64,000 nucleotides of DNA from assembly GCA_022574205.1 (NCBI GenBank), contig JACZSL010000002.1, forward strand, positions 11,965 to 75,964. Direction: 5' to 3'. The DNA comes from Patescibacteria group bacterium (lineage in GTDB: Bacteria > Patescibacteriota > Minisyncoccia > Phycocordibacterales > JACZSL01). The position numbers and the translations under genes are program-made. Positions 46,379 to 55,919 of this stretch are shown here, piece after piece; the first letter of the stretch is position 1; every line of letters begins with the position of its first letter. The notes under the pieces were generated by a model that saw only the letters and a program-made list of their open reading frames with translations, was not told the origin of the DNA and did not search any database.

Positions 46379-48580
46379 ATGCGACGTAATAGAAAGCGGG
46401 TTCGTGCTCACATAAATGGCTTTTTTAGGAATATTCTCCTTTTGGGTTTTGTTGGGGGTTTTTTTCTTGCTGGAGCGTTTCTTTTGTGGGCATCTACTTT
46501 AAAAATCCCAGATCTTGACAGTCTCTACCAAAGAAAGGTCGCCCAATCTACTAAAATTTACGACCGCACTGGGGAAATTCTACTTTTTAATGTTCATGAA
46601 GATATACGTAGGACAATTGTTCCTTTAAGTGATATTTCTAGAAACATAGAAAATGCGACTATCGCGATAGAGGATGTAGAGTTTTATGAGCACCGGGGTG
46701 TTAAACCGCAAGCAATTCTTCGTGCGTTATTTGTAAATATTGGTGAGTTGAATTTTAGTCAAGGTGGATCAACGATTACACAGCAAGTGGTAAAAAATTC
46801 GATTTTAACAAAAGAGAAAAAACTTTCCCGTAAACTAAAAGAGTTGATTTTAGCTCTTAAGGTTGAACAGCAGTTAACAAAAGAACAAATTTTAGAGCTA
46901 TATCTAAATGAAACACCTTATGGTGGAAGTGTGTATGGTGTTGAAGAAGCAAGTAAGACCTTTTTTGGGAAATCATCAAGTGATGTAACGCTTGCAGAAG
47001 CTGCGTTTCTTGCGGCACTCCCAAAAGCTCCAACATTTTATTCTCCATACGGAAATAATCGCGACGAATTGGAGGAGCGTAAAAATCTTGTGCTTGAGAG
47101 AATGTTTAATAACGGCTTTATTTCGCGTGGAGAATATGAATTTGCACAAAAAGAGCAGATAGAATTTCAAGGGCAGGCTGTTTTAGGAATAAGAGCTCCA
47201 CATTTTGTTATGTTTGTACGTGAGTATTTATCTAGGACTTATGGCGATCGTGCTATTGAAGAGCGTGGTTTTAGGGTTATAACAACGTTAGATTATGAAC
47301 TACAAGAAAAGGGTGAGGAGATTGTTGCGCGCTTTGTTGAAACAAACGTTGAAAACTTCAACGCGTCGAATGCTGGTCTCGTTGCGGTTGATCCAAAAAC
47401 TGGACAGATTCTAGTAATGGTTGGGTCTAGAAACTATTTTGATGAAGAGATTGATGGAAATTTTAATATAACACTTGCAGAACGTCAGCCAGGATCAGCG
47501 TTTAAGCCATTCGTTTACGCAACAGCGTTATTTAAAGGATACACAACAGAAACTGTAGTGTTTGATACACAAACACAATTCTCAACACTATGTGACTTTG
47601 ATGACTTAGAAAATGAAAATACGGAGTGTTATTCGCCTAGAAATTATGATAATATATTTCGCGGTCCGGTAACTTTTCGTGATGCGCTTGCACAATCCAT
47701 TAATGTACCGTCTGTAAAAGTGTTGTATCTTGCTGGGATACAAGATTCCATTAAAACAGCGAGTAGTATGGGTATTACAACATTAAGTGATGCAGGTCGG
47801 TATGGGCTAACTCTTGTGCTTGGTGGTGGTGAAGTAACTCTTCTTGATATGACAAGTGCATATGGTGTTTTTGCGAATGAAGGGAAAAGAAATCCATATG
47901 TAGGTATTCTTCGTATAGAGGATAGTAATGGTGTTGTTGTTGAAGAATTTTCACACAACCCAATAAAAGTGATATCAGAGGAAGTTGCTCTTCGGATATC
48001 TGATATTCTTTCGGATAATAAAGCGCGTACACCGGCATTTGGTAGTCGATCGGATTTATATTTTCCAGGATACGATGTTGCTGTTAAAACAGGGACAACA
48101 AATGATTCTCGCGACGCATGGATTATTGGATATTCTCCAACAATTGCTGTTGGAGCGTGGGCTGGAAATAACGACAATTCACCTATGGAAAAGAAAGTTG
48201 CTGGGTTTATTATTGCGCCATTGTGGAATGCTTTTATGCAGGAAATATTAGTTAAGGTACCAAACGAGCGTTTTAGATCTGCACCACAGGAATATAATGA
48301 AAATATAAAACCAGTATTACGGGGTGTGTGGGAAGGTGGAGATTTATACTTTATAGATGATAGAACTGGAAGTCCTGCGACAGAAAACACACCTATGGAG
48401 AACATGAAAGAAATTATAGTAAAGAATGTACACTCAATACTCTACTGGGTAGATAAAAATGACCCTCGTGGGGAGAAACCAGATAGCCCAGAAGATAGTT
48501 CACAGTTTAATGCTTGGGAGTATGGGGTTTTTGAGTGGAAAAAAACCAACGGTATTGTTGATGATGTATTACCTTATTAG
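46379..48580 (+). CDS. Class A penicillin-binding protein (glycosyltransferase plus transpeptidase)
   Basis: GT51 motifs IEDVEFYEHRGV and GGSTITQQVVKN; transpeptidase SAFKPFVYATAL, SxN, KTGT. Confidence 0.9.
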   Translation: MRRNRKRVRAHINGFFRNILLLGFVGGFFLAGAFLLWASTLKIPDLDSLYQRKVAQSTKIYDRTGEILLFNVHEDIRRTIVPLSDISRNIENATIAIEDVEFYEHRGVKPQAILRALFVNIGELNFSQGGSTITQQVVKNSILTKEKKLSRKLKELILALKVEQQLTKEQILELYLNETPYGGSVYGVEEASKTFFGKSSSDVTLAEAAFLAALPKAPTFYSPYGNNRDELEERKNLVLERMFNNGFISRGEYEFAQKEQIEFQGQAVLGIRAPHFVMFVREYLSRTYGDRAIEERGFRVITTLDYELQEKGEEIVARFVETNVENFNASNAGLVAVDPKTGQILVMVGSRNYFDEEIDGNFNITLAERQPGSAFKPFVYATALFKGYTTETVVFDTQTQFSTLCDFDDLENENTECYSPRNYDNIFRGPVTFRDALAQSINVPSVKVLYLAGIQDSIKTASSMGITTLSDAGRYGLTLVLGGGEVTLLDMTSAYGVFANEGKRNPYVGILRIEDSNGVVVEEFSHNPIKVISEEVALRISDILSDNKARTPAFGSRSDLYFPGYDVAVKTGTTNDSRDAWIIGYSPTIAVGAWAGNNDNSPMEKKVAGFIIAPLWNAFMQEILVKVPNERFRSAPQEYNENIKPVLRGVWEGGDLYFIDDRTGSPATENTPMENMKEIIVKNVHSILYWVDKNDPRGEKPDSPEDSSQFNAWEYGVFEWKKTNGIVDDVLPY

Positions 48581-48587
48581 TATTGTT

Positions 48588-48857
48588 CTATAAAACATTT
48601 TTAATAAATTCCTTTTTTTTGCTAAGTTTTTTGTTTAATCGTCTGATAATGTCTTGTTTATTTAGATATATTTCGTGTTTTAGTGTTGGATGGGTTTTAA
48701 TATAAAGAATGTTTCTAGTTATTGAAATGTTTTTAGTAGAAATTGCATTGTTGAATATTTCTTTTATAACTTCACAAAAGGCCTCTTTAATAATTTTATC
48801 CCTTGGTGTTGCGAGTGTGTACTTGCGTAAAATATCCTTAATTTTACTTAAGCCCAT
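48588..48857 (-). CDS. DUF721/DciA-like small protein downstream of dnaN
   Basis: Position after dnaA-dnaN; basic C-terminus; size typical of DUF721. Confidence 0.4.
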   Translation of the reverse strand: MGLSKIKDILRKYTLATPRDKIIKEAFCEVIKEIFNNAISTKNISITRNILYIKTHPTLKHEIYLNKQDIIRRLNKKLSKKKEFIKNVL

Positions 48858-48858
48858 A

Positions 48859-49962
48859 TTACTTATTCATTGGCATAACAAGATAAAGGTATGATGGGTC
48901 GCTCACACCTTCCATAACCATTGGTTTCCCAAGGCCACTAAAAGACAGGGAAACACTATCTGATGGGATAATTTGTAGTGCGTCAGTAATATATCGGTGA
49001 TTAAAGTTAATATCTAAATCTTCTCCATCAACAGCTGCTTGGAGTTGTTCTGTTGTCTCTCCTACATCTTGATTACTTGAAGTTAGGGTACATTTTCTTT
49101 GTTTTGATGAAATATGAAAACAAACCTGATTAAACTTATCAGAGAAAATATTTATTTTCTTTAAACTATTAATAAGGTCTTGTTTTAGTGTAATAATTTT
49201 TGTTGTGACTTTTTTAGGAATAATTTGGTGGTAATCTGGGTAAATACCGTCAATTAGCCTTGATGTTATGTATATGTTGTCAGATGAGAAAGATATTTGA
49301 TTTTTAGTAAAAGTTACTATAACTTCTCCAATATTTGAGTGTTCTAGTGCTTTTATTATTTCTGGTATGTTTTTAATAGGTATAATAAGTGGGTTAAAAT
49401 TTGGAACATTTTTATTTATTATAACTTTCTCAGATAGACGGAATGAGTCTGTTGCTGTAAATGTTATTTTTTTGTTTTGTATAGATATATATACACTTGC
49501 AAGTTCTGGTTTAATTGATAAGTTGGATGAACTAAACCATACTGAATTTAGGCCATTAAGAAAATCCTTAATGTCTATTGTAAATGAATTATTACTTTTA
49601 ACTTTAGGTAGTAATGGAAAATCTTCATGTGGTAGTGATTTTATAAGTGTTGAACTTGTGTGTGTTATTATTGAAAGGTTGTCATTTTTACTTAATAATT
49701 TAATTGATACACCATTATATATAGAATTTATAACGTTATAAAAAACTGAACCAGAAACTGCCATTATACCATCTTCTATTATTTTTGCTGGAATATTAAC
49801 TTCAACACCTAAATCAAGATTTGTTGCTTTTAGTTTTAAACTTGATCCTTTTGCCTCTATTAAAATACATCCAAGAACAGGAAGATTAAGATTTTTTCCA
49901 ACAGCCCTTTCAACAATATAAATATTATCAACGAGATTTTCTTTTAAACATTCAACCTTCAT
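48859..49962 (-). CDS. dnaN: DNA polymerase III beta sliding clamp
   Basis: MKVECLKENLVDNIYIVERAVGKNLNLPVLGCILIEA... three-domain clamp. Confidence 0.9.
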   Translation of the reverse strand: MKVECLKENLVDNIYIVERAVGKNLNLPVLGCILIEAKGSSLKLKATNLDLGVEVNIPAKIIEDGIMAVSGSVFYNVINSIYNGVSIKLLSKNDNLSIITHTSSTLIKSLPHEDFPLLPKVKSNNSFTIDIKDFLNGLNSVWFSSSNLSIKPELASVYISIQNKKITFTATDSFRLSEKVIINKNVPNFNPLIIPIKNIPEIIKALEHSNIGEVIVTFTKNQISFSSDNIYITSRLIDGIYPDYHQIIPKKVTTKIITLKQDLINSLKKINIFSDKFNQVCFHISSKQRKCTLTSSNQDVGETTEQLQAAVDGEDLDINFNHRYITDALQIIPSDSVSLSFSGLGKPMVMEGVSDPSYLYLVMPMNK

Positions 49963-50179
49963 ATTCTATATATTATTTATTTTTACTATTAACACTGTGT
50001 ATATGTATAAAACTTAATAAACCCTTATAATAAGCTCTTTTCTAAAACATCTACATAAACAACATGTGATTAACTTATAATAATATGTGGACTATTTTAC
50101 ATTAAATAAACTAAAATACATTTTTACACCAACTTATTAACAAATCATCCACATAATAAAATACGTTTTCCACAAATTG
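49963..50179. promoter_or_regulatory. Candidate oriC segment / DnaA-box cluster in the AT-rich dnaA-dnaN intergenic region
   Basis: tcatccaca (50145-50153) and ttttccaca (50166-50174) are each 8/9 to TTATCCACA; tgtggacta (50087-50095); region about 80% AT. Confidence 0.4.
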
Positions 50180-51538
50180 TTATTTTAGAATCATACGAAT
50201 TTGATTTATTTCCTGTTCAAGAACACTATCAACTTTTAAATTTTTTCTAATTTTTTCACATGAATGTATAACTGTTGTGTGATCTCTACCACCAAGTTTT
50301 TGTCCAATACTCGGATAAGAAATACCAAAATCTTCCCGTAAAATATACATAATAAGCTGACGAGGCTTAACTATTTCTTTCCGTCGAGTTTTCTCATAAA
50401 TATTTTGCTCAGTAATATCATAAAATTCCGCAATTTTCCTCACAACTTCCTTTGCAGATATAAGTTTTTTTGTTCTTGTATTATTTTTTATTAAGCTTTC
50501 AATTTCAGGAAGTGTTAGGGTTGTATCTTGAAGTTGAGATTGACATATAATAGTGTTAAGTGCTCCCTCAAGATCACGAATATTCCCTTGTATTGTTGAA
50601 GCAAGGTAGTCAATAATTTTATCTGAAAGTAATAAATTATTATGTAGTGCTTTAGATTTTAAAATAGCAACACGCGAGTCGTGATCTGGGGCTGGTATAT
50701 CAACAATCATACCAGCGCCAAAACGGCTCTTCAGACGACTTTCAAGATCTGGGATATAGTTTGGGTGCTTATCTGATGTTAATATAATCTGTTTATTATT
50801 ATCATAAAGAGCATTAAATAGATGAAAAAGCTCCTCCTGAGTCTTTTCCTTCTTAGAAAGAAATTGAATATCGTCCATAATAAGAACATCATACTGACGA
50901 TACTTCTCTTTAAACACATTAACTTTAGCCTCCTGAACAGCGTTCACATAATCAACAGTAAATTTCTCACTCGTTAAATAGAATACTTTTCTAGCAGGAT
51001 TTATTTTCTTTAATTGATTACCAACAGCTTGTGCAAGGTGTGTTTTTCCATGACCTGTTGGACTATAAAGAAAAAGAGGATTATATGCAATTCCAGGTTT
51101 TTTAATAACAGCCTGGCTTGCTGCATGAGCCAACTCATTAAATGAACCAACAACAAAATTTTCAAATGTATATCGTGGATTTAAATTATCATTTTTATTG
51201 ATATAAAAATCCTTAAGTGGTAACTCATATGTTGGTGTTGGTTTTTTAGCCACACCACCAACCAACTCCTTTATCACACTATTATCACGATTTTTTACAA
51301 TATTATATTCAAGTCCACGAACCCCGTCAGAAAAACCCCTAAGTGTTTTAAGAATAAATCTATGATATTTTTGCACCATCCAATCCTTAACAAACTGGTT
51401 CGGCACACCAAGGAAAATAACCCCACTCTCCTGTTTAATAATGTACGTATCCTTAAACCATGTGCTGAAATTTGCTCGTGATATATTAAGTTCAATATCA
51501 ACAAGTGTATTTTCCCATAATTGTTTATTACCAAGCAT
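50180..51538 (-). CDS. dnaA: Chromosomal replication initiator DnaA
   Basis: LFLYSPTGHGKTHLAQAVGN (Walker A); C-terminal HTH ...GGRDHTTVIHSCEKI... Confidence 0.95.
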   Translation of the reverse strand: MLGNKQLWENTLVDIELNISRANFSTWFKDTYIIKQESGVIFLGVPNQFVKDWMVQKYHRFILKTLRGFSDGVRGLEYNIVKNRDNSVIKELVGGVAKKPTPTYELPLKDFYINKNDNLNPRYTFENFVVGSFNELAHAASQAVIKKPGIAYNPLFLYSPTGHGKTHLAQAVGNQLKKINPARKVFYLTSEKFTVDYVNAVQEAKVNVFKEKYRQYDVLIMDDIQFLSKKEKTQEELFHLFNALYDNNKQIILTSDKHPNYIPDLESRLKSRFGAGMIVDIPAPDHDSRVAILKSKALHNNLLLSDKIIDYLASTIQGNIRDLEGALNTIICQSQLQDTTLTLPEIESLIKNNTRTKKLISAKEVVRKIAEFYDITEQNIYEKTRRKEIVKPRQLIMYILREDFGISYPSIGQKLGGRDHTTVIHSCEKIRKNLKVDSVLEQEINQIRMILK

Positions 51539-51723
51539 GTGGTGAAATGTAATGCTAATAAGCCGAATAAGATATGTATGATTATCAAATTATACTCTTC
51601 TCGTGGAAAAGTAAATCTTGAAAAACTTGAATAAGTATGTTAATAAAATGTGCATAAGACATAATTGTTACTGTACTAAATAAAAGTAGTCAGGCTTTAA
51701 TTATTCTGTTATAATGTTAAATA
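51539..51723. promoter_or_regulatory. Divergent dnaA/rpmH promoter region with DnaA-box-like sites (second oriC candidate)
   Basis: tgtgcataa (51649-51657) is 8/9 to TGTGGATAA; cgtggaaaa; AT-rich. Confidence 0.35.
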
Positions 51724-51858
51724 ATGTCTATTACATACAAACCAAAGAGGCGAAAAAGGGCTAAAACTCACGGTTTTTTAAGCCGCAAAAAGACACCAGG
51801 TGGACGTAAAGTCCTTAAAAGACGAGCACGAAAAGGAAGAACGCACTTGTCTGTGTAG
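51724..51858 (+). CDS. rpmH: Ribosomal protein L34 (44 aa; below the ORF-track cutoff)
   Basis: Manual translation [44 protein letters not shown]. Confidence 0.9.
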   Translation: MSITYKPKRRKRAKTHGFLSRKKTPGGRKVLKRRARKGRTHLSV

Positions 51859-51890
51859 AATTATGCCTGTGTATAACACACTCTAGAATT

Positions 51891-52220
51891 GTGAATAAAA
51901 GAAAACCGGTAACTAGAAAAATTTTCGACCGCATTTTAAAAACCGGAAAAACATACCATCAACCACTATTTAGTTTTCACACACTACACACACTTGAAAA
52001 TGTATACAGGATTGTGTGTGTTGTACCAAAGAGCACGGAAAAGTCTGCTGTTGTTAGAAACAAGTTACGACGTCGTTGTTACTATGCGATTTATAAACTA
52101 CTCAACAATAATAAGTATTTTTTAGCAATCCTATTTATTAAATCAGGCGCGAAACGCCTTCCATATAAATTATTTGAGGAAAAGATAGCCGTTCTTCTCA
52201 AAAGATCCGGCATACTGTAA
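51891..52220 (+). CDS. rnpA: RNase P protein component
   Basis: Basic protein ...VVRNKLRRRCYYAIYKLL...; canonical rpmH-rnpA order. Confidence 0.85.
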   Translation: MNKRKPVTRKIFDRILKTGKTYHQPLFSFHTLHTLENVYRIVCVVPKSTEKSAVVRNKLRRRCYYAIYKLLNNNKYFLAILFIKSGAKRLPYKLFEEKIAVLLKRSGIL

Positions 52221-52331
52221 ACACTTACCACCGCATCAATAATTACAACACCACATTAACTGCACGTAAAGAACATTTGTAAAATACATCAAAACTTGAA
52301 CCTTAATACAAACTACGCTAGGATTATGTGA

Positions 52332-53063
52332 ATGATATCAGGATTATTTCACACATTCTTCTACAACCCTATATACAACGGGCTTGTTTTTTTGATAGAC
52401 ATCGTTCCACTTGCTGATGTTGGTGTAGCAATTATTCTTATTACTGTTTTAGTTAAGCTTCTCCTCTTCCCTATTTCACAAAAGGCTGTGCGCACACAGT
52501 TCATCATGAGGGGGTTACAGCCACAACTCGAAAAGATTAAAGAAAAGTATGCAAAGGACAAGCAGGCGCAAGCGCGCAAAACAATGGACCTTTATAAGGA
52601 GAAAGGAATTAATCCATTTTCTGGAATTCTTCTTATTTTCATCCAAATCCCGATTATTTTGGCACTCTACTGGGTATTTTTCCGTGGCGGACTACCAGAA
52701 ATAGATCTAAGCATTCTATATTCTTTTATAAACGAACCAAGTAAAATTAATATGAATTTTCTCGGGTTGATTCCTATGGATGGCCGCAGTATCGTTCTTG
52801 CGTTTCTTGCAGGACTGTCACAATATTTCCAGATTAAACTTTCATTGCCAGACCTCAAAAAAAGAGACGACAAAGCAAGCCTTAAGGATGATTTTGCACG
52901 GAGCTTCCAACTTCAAATGCGTTACATGCTCCCGCTATTTATATTCGGTTTTTCATATTTCGTTTCAGCAGCAGTTGCATTATATTGGTTTACAAGTAAT
53001 ATATTTGCCATTGGGCAAGAGATTTTCTTAAGAGGAAGGCTGGCTAAAGAAAAGAAAGACTAA
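52332..53063 (+). CDS. yidC: Membrane protein insertase YidC/Oxa1 (short form)
   Basis: ...LYKEKGINPFSGILLIFIQIPIILALYWVF... Confidence 0.9.
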   Translation: MISGLFHTFFYNPIYNGLVFLIDIVPLADVGVAIILITVLVKLLLFPISQKAVRTQFIMRGLQPQLEKIKEKYAKDKQAQARKTMDLYKEKGINPFSGILLIFIQIPIILALYWVFFRGGLPEIDLSILYSFINEPSKINMNFLGLIPMDGRSIVLAFLAGLSQYFQIKLSLPDLKKRDDKASLKDDFARSFQLQMRYMLPLFIFGFSYFVSAAVALYWFTSNIFAIGQEIFLRGRLAKEKKD

Positions 53064-53080
53064 CTAAAAACAAAATAAAT

Positions 53081-53210
53081 CCCGATAGTAATCCCTGCCT
53101 GCCGGCAGGCAGGATGGACACTAAGACAATATATTATGAGAAAGTCGATTATCAAAAAAACTTAATCTTGTGGCAAGGATAATTTCAGTTCGTGTCCTAT
53201 TACTATCGGG
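53081..53210 (+). repeat. ~130-bp repeated leader/MITE-like element, copy 2, with perfect 12-bp terminal inverted repeats and a perfect 20-bp GC palindrome; ends exactly at the jag start codon
   Basis: cccgatagtaat ... attactatcggg|ATG; cctgcctgccggcaggcagg at 53094-53113; ~80% identical to the 21294-21420 copy in the same orientation relative to the downstream gene. Confidence 0.65.
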
Positions 53211-53690
53211 ATGAAAAACGAGGAAATAAAAAATACCATCGAAACGTTTTTGGAAAAAATGACAATACCATTTGACGATGTTGAGTGTATAGAAACCAAC
53301 CTCCACAGTACATTTTTAGTACATTCAAGCGACGCCGGTATCTTAATAGGAGTAAAGGGAGAAACGCTAGAGGCATTAGGTTATCTTATCAGGCGAGTAG
53401 TCGAGAAAAACAACACCGAAGACGATAGAAGTGTTTTTATTGTTGATGTAAACAACTACCAAACAAAAAAAATCCAAGAGCTTATCGACAGTGCGCAGGC
53501 ATCAGCACGCAGGGTAAAATTATTTAAACAAAGCGTCGAGCTTTCCCCCATGACCAGCTACGAACGCATGCTAATACATTCACTTTTCACAGACGACAAA
53601 GAAATTACCACCACCTCCTACGGCGACGGAAAATTTCGTCGCATTGTACTCCAACTTCAGGGAGTGGAAAACTCTGAAGAAGTAGTCTAA
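53211..53690 (+). CDS. Jag/KhpB-like R3H RNA-binding protein
   Basis: KH-like ...GILIGVKGETLEALGYLIRRVV...; R3H ...SYERMLIHSLF...; canonical position after yidC. Confidence 0.8.
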   Translation: MKNEEIKNTIETFLEKMTIPFDDVECIETNLHSTFLVHSSDAGILIGVKGETLEALGYLIRRVVEKNNTEDDRSVFIVDVNNYQTKKIQELIDSAQASARRVKLFKQSVELSPMTSYERMLIHSLFTDDKEITTTSYGDGKFRRIVLQLQGVENSEEVV

Positions 53691-53706
53691 TATAGAATAA
53701 ACGACA

Positions 53707-54966
53707 CTATTTACCTAAGCGCAGGCTCCAAAGAGAGGAGTCTCTTTTGTTTATGAAAAAGAGGTATTCTCCAGACTCACTTACAGCAAGATTAACCATA
53801 TCAATAGTGAAATCTCTCTCTTGCCTAAGGTCAACGAGCAGGCGTGTAACATCTCTCGACACATCAATTTCCCAAATACTGTCGGAGAAAGAAATTTTTC
53901 CCTGATACCAACTATCAGGGTATAAGTCCTCTGAAACCACGAATGGCACACCACAGTAGACAATATTCCTATTAACGGGGCTCCACCCACACTTTTCTGG
54001 GAGTGTTTTAACAGAGAATAAACGCATATCGCGCGTTTTTAGTTCGAATAAGAAAAGACCAAAATCACCACTAGTGCTTTTAGACAATAGAATACGGTCT
54101 CCATACGGGCTTGTGTTTACTGTTAATCCCAAAATACCATCCAGGAGCTTTTCTGGAACAGCACCACCCCCCTCCTCAAGAGAGTATACTAAGCCAGCTA
54201 CTAGACCAGAAGCTTTTGTGGTAAAGAAGATTTTTCCACTATTTGTTATCTCGTAGAGGAGTTCGTGGAGGAATGAACGATATACCGTTTCCACACCAGA
54301 GCCGTTGAAAGAAGATTTTTTAAGCAAAGTCTCGCGATCTCCACGAATAGTATAGAAAATATTTTCACCAACATCATCAGTTGTGAAGAAATCTATGTCA
54401 TCCGGAAGAAAACGTCCATCGATCGTAGAGACAGACGTGCCACTAACAATGTGAGCATTAAACGTCTTTATAACATCGTTTTCATCCAGATAACGAAGTA
54501 CAACCCGTGTAGCATTTTTATTCCAAATCGCCTCATAAACACCTGGAATTGTGGTGTTTGTAACGCGTACAGACTCAATTTTTTCCGGATCAACTTGGTA
54601 TATATTCCCTGTTATACGCTCAACGAAGCGCACAGACGGAGCTCCGTCGCTTGTTGTTGTGGCAACAAATCCAGCCACAGGTGTTGTTGTTAGTTGCTGT
54701 AGCACACTTTCTCCAAACTGACGCCTTTTTAACACAAGATTATCATCAAAACCAAAACCAACAAACCCACCCTCATTTTCAAATGTGAGTGGTGGGCGCT
54801 CTTCGTCTAAACCAAGTACAGAATCATCAGAAAAGAGACCACCAAAAAAACCAACATTTTCTTGACTATCGCCAGATGACCCCCCACCATCCCTTTGTAT
54901 TAGAAAAAACCAACCCAAAATTCCAAGGATCAATGTGATAATAAATATAATTAGTATTTTTTTCAT
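53707..54966 (-). CDS. hypothetical membrane-anchored extracellular protein (first listed gene of the T4SS-like cluster region)
   Basis: Start moved to MKKILIIFIITLIL (TM anchor); Gly/Ser-rich linker; beta-rich body. Confidence 0.4.
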   Translation of the reverse strand: MKKILIIFIITLILGILGWFFLIQRDGGGSSGDSQENVGFFGGLFSDDSVLGLDEERPPLTFENEGGFVGFGFDDNLVLKRRQFGESVLQQLTTTPVAGFVATTTSDGAPSVRFVERITGNIYQVDPEKIESVRVTNTTIPGVYEAIWNKNATRVVLRYLDENDVIKTFNAHIVSGTSVSTIDGRFLPDDIDFFTTDDVGENIFYTIRGDRETLLKKSSFNGSGVETVYRSFLHELLYEITNSGKIFFTTKASGLVAGLVYSLEEGGGAVPEKLLDGILGLTVNTSPYGDRILLSKSTSGDFGLFLFELKTRDMRLFSVKTLPEKCGWSPVNRNIVYCGVPFVVSEDLYPDSWYQGKISFSDSIWEIDVSRDVTRLLVDLRQERDFTIDMVNLAVSESGEYLFFINKRDSSLWSLRLGK

Positions 54967-55007
54967 GATGTAAATAAATACAGAATGTACATATAATACA
55001 ATGAAAC

Positions 55008-55919
55008 TTAGCCGCCAGCACCAGGACGATAGCACGGGGTGGCCGACACAAACAACGGTCTCGAGGACGCGTCTCTCCGTGCTTGTTCACAAAGCAGAGA
55101 ATCGTTAACAGGTACGGGACACTGCTGTTGTGTTAGACGTCTGTCGTCAGACCCCACCGACGTAGTGATATCATAACAAAATTCCCTACCTATTCCTCTA
55201 GAGCCGTCGGCTGTCGAGAAGCACCCTTCTTCTATACCATAAGAGATAAAAACTTGTCTTGGACGGGCCTTATACTCTTCTTCCCCAGCAAGGCATTGTT
55301 CCAAGGTAGTCCATATGGTTTCTTCACCAGAAAAAAATCCAAAACTACCACATTCTATATCAGCAAATCCACCAGCATCGTCGCCAACAAAACAAAAACC
55401 TTGATCTATTATTACTCTGTTGGCATATCCTGTCAGCGCCGCGGCTTCCTCAGCACGACTACGATCATCAAGTTCTATTCCAGAAACTACACCACCAACC
55501 TTGTCTTGAAGTGTGCCAAAAAAGTCGAAACTAAGAATCTTTGGGTTAATTGTTTGCAGAACCAGAACGGAAAGAAGAACAATTAGGAGTCCCCCAAACA
55601 CACCAGTCATACATTTTTTCGCCGCCTCTTTTGAGCTTATTGCTTCGCTCATCATATACTGAAAACCACAAATCATTAACTTGATTACTGCAAGAACTGC
55701 AATTATAGAAATGAAAAGAACAAAAATATTGTTAAAATATTGCACCAATCCGGAAGGACCCCCAGTATTCACAGAACTCCCAACACCAGGAAGCGGGGAA
55801 ATAGGCGTATACGATTGCGCAAACACAGTGTCTACAAACAACAACATTAGAATACAACACAACGCAAACGTTAATATGTAAGTGGTTTGTGCGGACTTGA
55901 ATTTACTTGGAAAAAACAT
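55008..55919 (-). CDS. VirB2/TrbC-like pilin candidate with a ~170-aa Cys-rich C-terminal domain
   Basis: Signal peptide (…VFA|QS), two hydrophobic helices separated by a short charged loop (LVQYFNNIFVLFISIIAVLAVIKLMICG / MTGVFGGLLIVLLSVLVL), then a domain with ≥9 Cys. Confidence 0.35.
   Translation of the reverse strand: MFFPSKFKSAQTTYILTFALCCILMLLFVDTVFAQSYTPISPLPGVGSSVNTGGPSGLVQYFNNIFVLFISIIAVLAVIKLMICGFQYMMSEAISSKEAAKKCMTGVFGGLLIVLLSVLVLQTINPKILSFDFFGTLQDKVGGVVSGIELDDRSRAEEAAALTGYANRVIIDQGFCFVGDDAGGFADIECGSFGFFSGEETIWTTLEQCLAGEEEYKARPRQVFISYGIEEGCFSTADGSRGIGREFCYDITTSVGSDDRRLTQQQCPVPVNDSLLCEQARRDASSRPLFVSATPCYRPGAGG

Noticed and set aside
47644-48405. 253-aa minus-strand ORF inside the PBP gene
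   Set aside because: Antisense to a region with clear transpeptidase motifs (SxxK, SxN, KTGT); Ser/Pro-rich composition; rejected as a shadow ORF.
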